Below, one piece after another: positions 57,425-64,000 of a stretch of DNA of 64,000 nt. Below the pieces are notes generated by a model. The model was given only the letters and a program-made list of their open reading frames with translations. It did not search any database and was not told the DNA's origin. Position 1 is the stretch's first letter. Every line of letters starts with the position of its first letter. The position numbers were made by a program, and so were the translations under genes. Source of the DNA: Burkholderiales bacterium (GTDB taxonomy: Bacteria > Patescibacteriota > Minisyncoccia > Phycocordibacterales > UBA9973); assembly GCA_023701005.1 (NCBI GenBank), contig JAMPXW010000001.1, positions 143,843 through 207,842 of the forward strand, written 5' to 3'.

Positions 57425-57988
57425 ATGAAACATTTAACTGTAAAAGAAAAAGAAGCATTAGTTTTTGAAAAGATGAAAAGTGAATTTCATTACAAAAACG
57501 TAATGGCAGCACCTAAATTAAAAAAGGTAGTTTTAAACGTTGGTACAGGCACAGCTATAAAGAAAGATAAAAATAAGAATGATGCTATTTCAGAAAGATT
57601 AGCAAAGATCACAGGGCAAAAAGCAGCATTAAGAGGTGCAAAGAAATCTATCGCTTCTTTCAAGGTTCGTCAGAATGATCCTATCGGAGTCGTTGTCACA
57701 TTGCGTGGAAAGAGAATGTATGCATTTTTGGAAAAGCTTGTGAATGTTGCTCTTCCTCGTACCAAAGACTTTCGTGGGATAAACACCAAAGCAGTAGACA
57801 ATATCGGTAATTTAACGATAGGTATCAAAGAACACACAATCTTCCCAGAAACCGCAGACGAAGACATAAAAGATGTTTTTGGTTTGGCTATTACTTTAGT
57901 ATCCACAGCAAAGACAAGAAAAGAAGGATTTAATTTTTACGAATTAATAGGAATTCCTTTCAAGAAGGAAGAACAAAAGAGAAAATAA
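57425..57988 (+). CDS. rplE: 50S ribosomal protein L5
   Basis: ITGQKA, VTLRG, LPRTKDFRG. Confidence 0.97.
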   Translation: MKHLTVKEKEALVFEKMKSEFHYKNVMAAPKLKKVVLNVGTGTAIKKDKNKNDAISERLAKITGQKAALRGAKKSIASFKVRQNDPIGVVVTLRGKRMYAFLEKLVNVALPRTKDFRGINTKAVDNIGNLTIGIKEHTIFPETADEDIKDVFGLAITLVSTAKTRKEGFNFYELIGIPFKKEEQKRK

Positions 57989-57996
57989 AAATTTTG

Positions 57997-58023
57997 ACCC
58001 CCGAAAGGGGGTTTTGTTTTTTT
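57997..58023 (+). terminator. Terminator after rplE
   Basis: gaccccc-gaaa-gggggtt followed by T run. Confidence 0.85.
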
Positions 58024-58046
58024 ACGGAAAGAGATAAAATATTAAA

Positions 58047-58337
58047 ATGGAAGATAATTTAGATTTAGACAAGAATCAAGAATTAAATAGAGCGTTGTTA
58101 GAATTTCAAGTAGACAATATAGAACAAACAAAAAAATCTGTGGAAGTTTCAAGATATGAAGGGGGTTCTAGAATGATTTCTTGGGTTATGAAGATTTTTA
58201 ATATAAAAGAAGAAAAATATGCAAATTATATTTTAATATTTTTTGCTTTAGTTGCCATTTATTTTTCTTTATATTTAGTTTTTGGTAATAATTATACGGG
58301 ATACCCTAATGATATAAAAATAATACCTGCTGTTTAG
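58047..58337 (+). CDS. Hypothetical single-TM protein
   Basis: 96-aa ORF, TM near C-terminus. Confidence 0.65.
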   Translation: MEDNLDLDKNQELNRALLEFQVDNIEQTKKSVEVSRYEGGSRMISWVMKIFNIKEEKYANYILIFFALVAIYFSLYLVFGNNYTGYPNDIKIIPAV

Positions 58338-58340
58338 TAT

Positions 58341-58871
58341 ATGGATAAAAAAAATAATAAAAATAAAGGTTTTACTCTCATTGAACTTTTGGTGGTTGTG
58401 GCTATTATTGGTCTTTTGGCAAGTGTAATTTTATCAAGCTTAAATACTGCGAGGATTAAAGCAAGAGATGCAAAAAGACTATCTGACATGCATCAAATGG
58501 AGATTGCTTTGAGTTTGTATTATAATGCCTATGGAAATTACCCATATTCTGATTATGCTGGGTGTGGAGGATGGGATTCTTCAGGAACCCCAGCTGGAAC
58601 TCCTTCTTTTATTACCCCATTAGTTTCTGAAAAATTTCTGCCTATCAATTTGTTAGATTCTGTAATAAATGATAGTTGTGGTAACTATGCTTATTATCGT
58701 TATTCTGCGGGAGATTATGGTTGTGATTCTTCTCGTGGAGCTTATTATGTTTTAGGAGTGAGAGATATGGAAAGTAGTCCTAATCCATTTCCTAAAAGCC
58801 CTGGCTGGAGTTGTCCATCCAGAAATTGGCAAGGTGAATTTGATTGGGTTACAGGCATGTATGAACAATAA
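58341..58871 (+). CDS. Type IV pilin/pseudopilin
   Basis: KG|FTLIELLVVVAIIG prepilin cleavage motif, ARDAKR.SD, four Cys in head domain. Confidence 0.93.
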   Translation: MDKKNNKNKGFTLIELLVVVAIIGLLASVILSSLNTARIKARDAKRLSDMHQMEIALSLYYNAYGNYPYSDYAGCGGWDSSGTPAGTPSFITPLVSEKFLPINLLDSVINDSCGNYAYYRYSAGDYGCDSSRGAYYVLGVRDMESSPNPFPKSPGWSCPSRNWQGEFDWVTGMYEQ

Positions 58872-59021
58872 AATTATTTGACTCTTTGGGGATAATTTGC
58901 TAGTATAGCAACAAGGGAATTAGGTTTTAAGCAATCCATTTTTCTCCTTGTTTTTTCAAAGGAATTTGAAGAAATAAGAAAAAAAGTGTGATATTGTAAA
59001 ACTCTCCCAACATTATTTTTT

Positions 59022-59207
59022 ATGGCAAAAACATCAGTTATAGCAAGATCAAAAAAGACACCTAAATTTTCTACTCGACAGAAAAATCGATGTTTTCGTT
59101 GCGGAAGAGGTAATGGTTTTATGAGAGATTTCGGCATATGTCGTATTTGCTTTAGAGAATTAGCCAATGAAGGCATGCTTCCTGGTGTCAGAAAGTCTTC
59201 TTGGTAA
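59022..59207 (+). CDS. rpsN: 30S ribosomal protein S14 (zinc-binding type Z)
   Basis: RCFRCGR...ICRICFRE. Confidence 0.96.
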   Translation: MAKTSVIARSKKTPKFSTRQKNRCFRCGRGNGFMRDFGICRICFRELANEGMLPGVRKSSW

Positions 59208-59222
59208 AAAATAAATAAATTT

Positions 59223-59609
59223 ATGGATCCAATTTCAAACATGATAATAATGTTAAAGAATGCAAGTCTTGCAAATAAAGAGACTACTTCTTTTCCATAT
59301 TCTAAAATGAAGAATGCTATTTTGGAATGTTTAAAGAAGGAAGGCTACATAAAGCAATTTTCTAAGAAAACAAAAAAAGGATTTCCAGTTTTAGAAGTAG
59401 AATTACTTTACACAGAAAAGAATCCTAAAATCACAGAAGCAGAAAGAGTTTCTAAACAATCAAGACGCGTATATTTCAGCATGAAAGACATTCATTCAGT
59501 TAGAAATGGTTCAGGTTTACTTGTGCTTTCTACACCCAAAGGTATTTTGTCTGGCAGGGAAGCAAGAAAAGAAAATGTCGGAGGTGAAGCTTTATTTAAA
59601 TTGTGGTAA
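59223..59609 (+). CDS. rpsH: 30S ribosomal protein S8
   Basis: DPISNM, LKKEGYI, STPKGI, GGE. Confidence 0.96.
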   Translation: MDPISNMIIMLKNASLANKETTSFPYSKMKNAILECLKKEGYIKQFSKKTKKGFPVLEVELLYTEKNPKITEAERVSKQSRRVYFSMKDIHSVRNGSGLLVLSTPKGILSGREARKENVGGEALFKLW

Positions 59610-59622
59610 ATAATTAAATTTT

Positions 59623-60156
59623 ATGTCAAGAATAGGAAAACAAGAAATACAAATACCAAATGGAGTACAAGTCACAAAAGCAGGTGATGTTTTAAAAGTT
59701 GTTGGCAAGAATGGTACTTTAACAAAAGTTTTCCGAGATGATGTCATCGTTAATATAAAAGACAAAACAATTACACTAGAAATAAAGAGAAATGATAAGT
59801 TTTCTAAATCTCTTTGGGGTACTTATGCTTCTCATATCAAAAACATGATACAAGGAGTAGAGACACCTTACCAAAAGAAATTGATCTTAGAAGGGGTTGG
59901 TTTCAAATCTGAGGTAAAAGGTAAAGAATTTGTTTTTGCTTTAGGATTTTCTCATCCAGTTGTCGTTAAAATTCCAGAAGGACTCACAGCTACAGCAGAA
60001 AAGAACAATATCACAATCACAGGTATAGATAAAGAATTGGTAGGAAGCTTCACAGCTAGTATCCGTGCTTTGAAAAAAGCAGAACCTTATAAAGGTAAAG
60101 GTATGCGTTATGAAGGAGAAGTTATTAGACGAAAACAAGGTAAGAAAACAGCATAA
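59623..60156 (+). CDS. rplF: 50S ribosomal protein L6
   Basis: MSRIGK, LGFSHP, EPYKGKG. Confidence 0.97.
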   Translation: MSRIGKQEIQIPNGVQVTKAGDVLKVVGKNGTLTKVFRDDVIVNIKDKTITLEIKRNDKFSKSLWGTYASHIKNMIQGVETPYQKKLILEGVGFKSEVKGKEFVFALGFSHPVVVKIPEGLTATAEKNNITITGIDKELVGSFTASIRALKKAEPYKGKGMRYEGEVIRRKQGKKTA

Positions 60157-60161
60157 AAAAT

Positions 60162-60503
60162 ATGATTAAGAAAGATGAAAAAAGAATAAGATTAAAAGCA
60201 AAGATAAGATCAAAAGTTTTTGGTACTTTGGCTCGTCCTCGTCTTTCTGTATTTCGTTCAAACAAATTTATTTATGCTCAAGTTATAAACGATGAGACAG
60301 GAAAGACATTAGTACAAGCAAGTGATGTAAAAATAACAAAAGGCACCAAGACAGAAAGAGCTAAGCAAGTAGGCAAATTGATTGCAGAAGCATGTGCTTC
60401 AGCCAAAGTAAGTACTGTAGTTTTTGATAGAAATGGATTTAAATATACAGGACGTATCAAATTAGTAGCAGATGAAGCTAGGGCTGCTGGTCTTAAATTT
60501 TAA
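60162..60503 (+). CDS. rplR: 50S ribosomal protein L18
   Basis: RPRLSVFRSNK, VFDRNGFKY.GR, GLKF. Confidence 0.97.
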   Translation: MIKKDEKRIRLKAKIRSKVFGTLARPRLSVFRSNKFIYAQVINDETGKTLVQASDVKITKGTKTERAKQVGKLIAEACASAKVSTVVFDRNGFKYTGRIKLVADEARAAGLKF

Positions 60504-60516
60504 TATTTGAAATTAT

Positions 60517-61065
60517 ATGGAAGAAGAAAACAAAAAAAAGAATAATAATCGAAGATCGCAATCATTCAATAGACCAAAGCCAGAATTTGATCAAAAGATT
60601 TTGAATATTCGTCGAGTCACTCGTGTTGTCGCTGGAGGAAGAAGATTTTCTTTTAGTGTTGCATTAGTTGCCGGAGATAAAAAGGGTGCTATCGGGCTTG
60701 GCTTGGGTAAAGCAGGAGATACTTCTCTAGCTATAAACAAAGCTTTGAGAAATGCAAAGAAGAACATGGTCAGATTAAATCTTACAAAGACAATGTCTAT
60801 CCCACATGAAGTTTCTGCTAAATTCTCAAGTTCTTACGTAATGTTGAAGCCAAATAAAGGAAGAGGTTTAGTAGCAGGTACCGTTTTACGTGATATCGCT
60901 AAACTAGCCGGCATCAAAGATATTACAGGCAAGATATTGTCTGGTAGTAAAAATAAATTAAATAATGCCAAAGCAGTGATGCAAGCTCTTTCTCAAGTTT
61001 CATCTAAATATACAAAAGTAGTCGTTGAGAATGTAATTGCTGGAGAAGTAAAAGAAGTAAAATAA
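60517..61065 (+). CDS. rpsE: 30S ribosomal protein S5
   Basis: RRVTRVVAGGRRFSFS. Confidence 0.97.
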   Translation: MEEENKKKNNNRRSQSFNRPKPEFDQKILNIRRVTRVVAGGRRFSFSVALVAGDKKGAIGLGLGKAGDTSLAINKALRNAKKNMVRLNLTKTMSIPHEVSAKFSSSYVMLKPNKGRGLVAGTVLRDIAKLAGIKDITGKILSGSKNKLNNAKAVMQALSQVSSKYTKVVVENVIAGEVKEVK

Positions 61066-61069
61066 TTTT

Positions 61070-61381
61070 ATGCAAATACATAATTTAAAAAGAGTACATA
61101 AGAATAAAAAAGATAGAATAGTAGGACGTGGAGGTAAGCACGCCAAGACTTCTGGAAGAGGAGGCAAGGGGCAGACAGCTCGTGCAGGTAACAAGCGCCG
61201 ACCTGAACTTCGTGATATCATTAAGAAGTTGCCAAAGAACAGAGGATATCAATTCAATTCTATCCGTAAGCCATATCTTGTAACTAAAGAGAAGGCTCTT
61301 TCAAAAGATGGTAATGTAGAGACATTTTCTTTAATGAGAAAACGTTTAAACATAAAAGGAGGTAAGATAAAAGTTAAATAA
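61070..61381 (+). CDS. rplO: 50S ribosomal protein L15, short form (103 aa)
   Basis: VGRGG...SGRGGKGQTARAG, LPKNRG. Confidence 0.9.
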   Translation: MQIHNLKRVHKNKKDRIVGRGGKHAKTSGRGGKGQTARAGNKRRPELRDIIKKLPKNRGYQFNSIRKPYLVTKEKALSKDGNVETFSLMRKRLNIKGGKIKVK

Positions 61382-61417
61382 TTAAGTAGTTAACAAACTA
61401 CAGACAACGAATTAACT

Positions 61418-62689
61418 ATGCAAAATTTCTTGAATAAAATAAAACTAGTTTGGAGTGATACTGTTTTGAGAAAAAGAGTTTTGTTTGTGCTTTTTGCTTT
61501 AGTACTTTTCAGATTACTCTCAGCTATTCCTATCCCAGGGATTGATACTTTGGAACTTAGTCGTTTCTTATCTAACAATCAATTTTTTGGTATTTTAAAT
61601 ATATTTTCAGGTGGTGGACTTTCTAACTTGTCTATAATAATGCTTGGAGTTGGTCCATACATCACTAGTTCTATCATAATGCAACTTTTGACTATCATGG
61701 TTCCTGCATTAAAGAGAATTTATCATGAAGAAGGAGAAGCAGGAAGAAAAAGATTTACACAATATTCTAGATTAGCTACAGTGCCTTTGGCAGCTATACA
61801 AGGTTTCAGTCTTTTAGCTATATTAGAAAGTCAGAAAATTTTAGTTAACTTAAGTGCTTTTGATAGAGTAAGTAACATAATGATCGTCATTGCAGGTTCC
61901 ATACTTTTGATGTGGCTTGGAGAACTCATGACAGAATTCGGCATAGGCAATGGAGTTTCCTTAATAATCTTTGCAGGTATAGTATCTCAAATACCTTCAG
62001 AAGTTAGTCAACTTATATTTACATTTGACGTTTCTCAAATACCATTATTCTTGATGTTCTTGGTAGTGGGAGTTTTGGTTATTGCCGGTGTCGTCATCGT
62101 CACAGAAGCAGAACGTCCAATACCTGTGACATATGCAAAGCGTGTGAGAGGTATGAAGATGTATGGAGGAGGGTCAACCTACATTCCATTACGTGTGAAC
62201 CAAGCAGGAGTCATTCCTATAATCTTTGCACTTTCTCTTTTGCTTTTCCCTCAAATGATTGGTAACTTTTTAGCAAATTCTACGAATTCTATTTTACTTT
62301 CGATTTCTAAAGTATTGATGTCATTTACACAGACGAGTGTGCTTTATGCAGTTTTGTATTTTATATTAGTATTTTTATTTACTTATTTTTACACTGCTGT
62401 TACTTTTGATCCTGAAGCTTTAGCTACAAATCTACAAAAGAATGGTGCATTTATTCCAGGCATTCGTCCAGGAGCTTCTACATCTCAATATATATCAAAC
62501 GTTTTGAGTCGCATTACTCTTTTGGGAGCAGTCTTCTTAGGTTTCATCGCAGTCTTGCCTTTGGTCGTGAGATCTCTCACAGGTATCACAGCTATAGCCC
62601 TAGGGGGTACAGCACTCCTTATCGTTGTTTCTGTAGTTCTTGATTTGATCAAAAAAATCGACGCCCAAATCTCAATGAGAGAATACTAA
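61418..62689 (+). CDS. secY: Preprotein translocase SecY
   Basis: LGVGPYITSSII, GIGNGVS, AGVIPIIFA, FIPGIRPG, GGTALLIVV. Confidence 0.98.
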   Translation: MQNFLNKIKLVWSDTVLRKRVLFVLFALVLFRLLSAIPIPGIDTLELSRFLSNNQFFGILNIFSGGGLSNLSIIMLGVGPYITSSIIMQLLTIMVPALKRIYHEEGEAGRKRFTQYSRLATVPLAAIQGFSLLAILESQKILVNLSAFDRVSNIMIVIAGSILLMWLGELMTEFGIGNGVSLIIFAGIVSQIPSEVSQLIFTFDVSQIPLFLMFLVVGVLVIAGVVIVTEAERPIPVTYAKRVRGMKMYGGGSTYIPLRVNQAGVIPIIFALSLLLFPQMIGNFLANSTNSILLSISKVLMSFTQTSVLYAVLYFILVFLFTYFYTAVTFDPEALATNLQKNGAFIPGIRPGASTSQYISNVLSRITLLGAVFLGFIAVLPLVVRSLTGITAIALGGTALLIVVSVVLDLIKKIDAQISMREY

Positions 62690-63258
62690 TTTTCTTTTAT
62701 CCAACTTTTATATTTTGAAACGATAATATTAACAACCTCCTCGAGGTTGTTTTTGTTTGTGTCTATGATTAGATCAAATTTATTTTTATCTGTATTATCT
62801 ATTTTATATAAATTCCAGTATCTTTTTTGTTCACTTTCAAAACGTTCTGTCATTTTTTCATAAACTTCTTCAATTGTAGAAACTTTTTCACTTTTTTGTC
62901 TTAGGCTATCGTTTTTAATACTTTCTAAGATTCTATTTTTTGCTATTTCTTTGGGTAAATCTAGGTATACTTTGAAAGATTCTGGTATCCAGTGATATGC
63001 AGTACGTGAGTCTATAACTATTTTATTTTTATCATTCAAATCTCTTAATTTTTGATCAGTCATCTCATCTATTTTTTTGTCAGTTTCTGCTCTTTTATTT
63101 ATTTCATTTATAGATAGACCTAATTCTAATCCTACTTGTCGAAAAAAGTCTCCAGATGAAAAATGATCATATCCCAAGATTTGAGCTACTTTTTTAGCCG
63201 TGCTTGATTTTCCACTTCCTAATCCTCCGCATATAGTTATTATCTCTTTTTTCACCAT
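62686..63258 (-). CDS. cmk: Cytidylate kinase, archaeal type (start at ATG 63258)
   Basis: ITICGGLGSGKS, SSGDFFR, DSR, RY..LY.ID, DLIIDT. Confidence 0.8.
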   Translation of the reverse strand: MVKKEIITICGGLGSGKSSTAKKVAQILGYDHFSSGDFFRQVGLELGLSINEINKRAETDKKIDEMTDQKLRDLNDKNKIVIDSRTAYHWIPESFKVYLDLPKEIAKNRILESIKNDSLRQKSEKVSTIEEVYEKMTERFESEQKRYWNLYKIDNTDKNKFDLIIDTNKNNLEEVVNIIVSKYKSWIKEN

Positions 63259-63317
63259 TTTATTATAATAGCATATCAAGGCTTGTTTTTTAAGCTTAAA
63301 TTTTGTATTCTTAAGTT

Positions 63318-63905
63318 ATGAAAAGTGAAACTTTTGTATTTTTTGGACAAGTGGGTTCTGGAAAGGGCACACAAGTAGAGCTCTTGGCTAAAGTCTTAAA
63401 AGAAAGAGACGGTAAAGAAGTCGTTCAGACTTCTACAGGCAATGAATATAGGAAGCTTATAGAAGGAGGCACCTATGTGGGGTCTTTGGTTAAAGATTCT
63501 ATAACTAGAGGTGAATTACAGCCAAATTTCTTAACTAATGCTATTTTTACAAATATTTTGAATGCTTCTTTAACCCCCGACAAACATCTAATAGCTGATG
63601 GATACCCTCGCACCATAGTCCAAGCAGAGACATTTGAGGAGATGATTTCTTTTTTCAAAAGAGAAGATGTAAATATTATCTACATAGAAGTAGGTAAAGA
63701 AGAAGCAGTAAAAAGAATGAAATTGCGTAATAGACATGACGACACAGAAGAAGGCATAGCAAAAAGATTTAATGAATATATCAATAATGTAGTTCCAGCG
63801 ATGAATTATTTTAAAGATAAAGAAAATTATAAAATATATATTATTAATGGTGAACAAACTGTAGAAGAAGTTCACAAAGATATTGTTAAAGCTTTGAATT
63901 TTTAA
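63318..63905 (+). CDS. adk: Adenylate kinase (short LID)
   Basis: GQVGSGKGTQ, DGYPRT, RHDD; near secY. Confidence 0.9.
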   Translation: MKSETFVFFGQVGSGKGTQVELLAKVLKERDGKEVVQTSTGNEYRKLIEGGTYVGSLVKDSITRGELQPNFLTNAIFTNILNASLTPDKHLIADGYPRTIVQAETFEEMISFFKREDVNIIYIEVGKEEAVKRMKLRNRHDDTEEGIAKRFNEYINNVVPAMNYFKDKENYKIYIINGEQTVEEVHKDIVKALNF

Positions 63906-63910
63906 TATTT

Positions 63911-64000
63911 ATGACCAAAGAAGAGATCATCATTATTTCATTAGGAGGCTCGTTAATTATCCCTGATGATATAGATGTTGATTTTTTGAAAGATTTTAAA
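63911..64000 (+). CDS. pyrH: Uridylate kinase, archaeal type, 5' fragment
   Basis: MTKEEIIIISLGGSLIIPDDIDVDFLKDFK; SLGGS motif, runs off window. Confidence 0.7.
   Translation, partial: MTKEEIIIISLGGSLIIPDDIDVDFLKDFK

Noticed and set aside
1-64000. CRISPR array or cas genes
   Set aside because: No regularly spaced direct repeats with unique spacers and no Cas motifs seen
1-64000. Alternative genetic code (UGA read as Gly/Trp as in some CPR lineages)
   Set aside because: Conserved genes are full length under code 11, and mutM and murB end at TGA in the expected place

Overview
AT-rich, gene-dense bacterial chromosome segment, most consistent with a CPR/Patescibacteria (Parcubacteria, Nomurabacteria-like) genome. 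Supporting signs are rpmD (L30) missing from the spc operon, no rplA after rplK, pilMNO, ThyX, archaeal-type Cmk/PyrH and standard genetic code. Contents: DNA repair genes (uvrA end, uvrC, mutM, ruvA), a thrombospondin-repeat surface protein, an ECF sigma/MacAB-like cluster, six tRNAs, two free-standing homing-type endonucleases next to tRNAs, tandem Cys-rich proteins, a pyrimidine nucleotide cluster, and the str/S10/spc ribosomal superoperon with inserted genes. Main leads: (1) a ~330-nt ORF-free, promoter-flanked, multi-helix candidate ncRNA at 18.63-18.95 kb; (2) families of GC-rich palindromic elements inserted in frame into conserved proteins (UvrC x4, RluA x2, MurB, PduO, L22), three sharing a core with covarying stems; (3) three apparent translation-initiation regimes (leaderless, SD-less AU-rich, and SD-led ORFan cassettes). 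All assignments were made by eye; no searches or folding programs were run.
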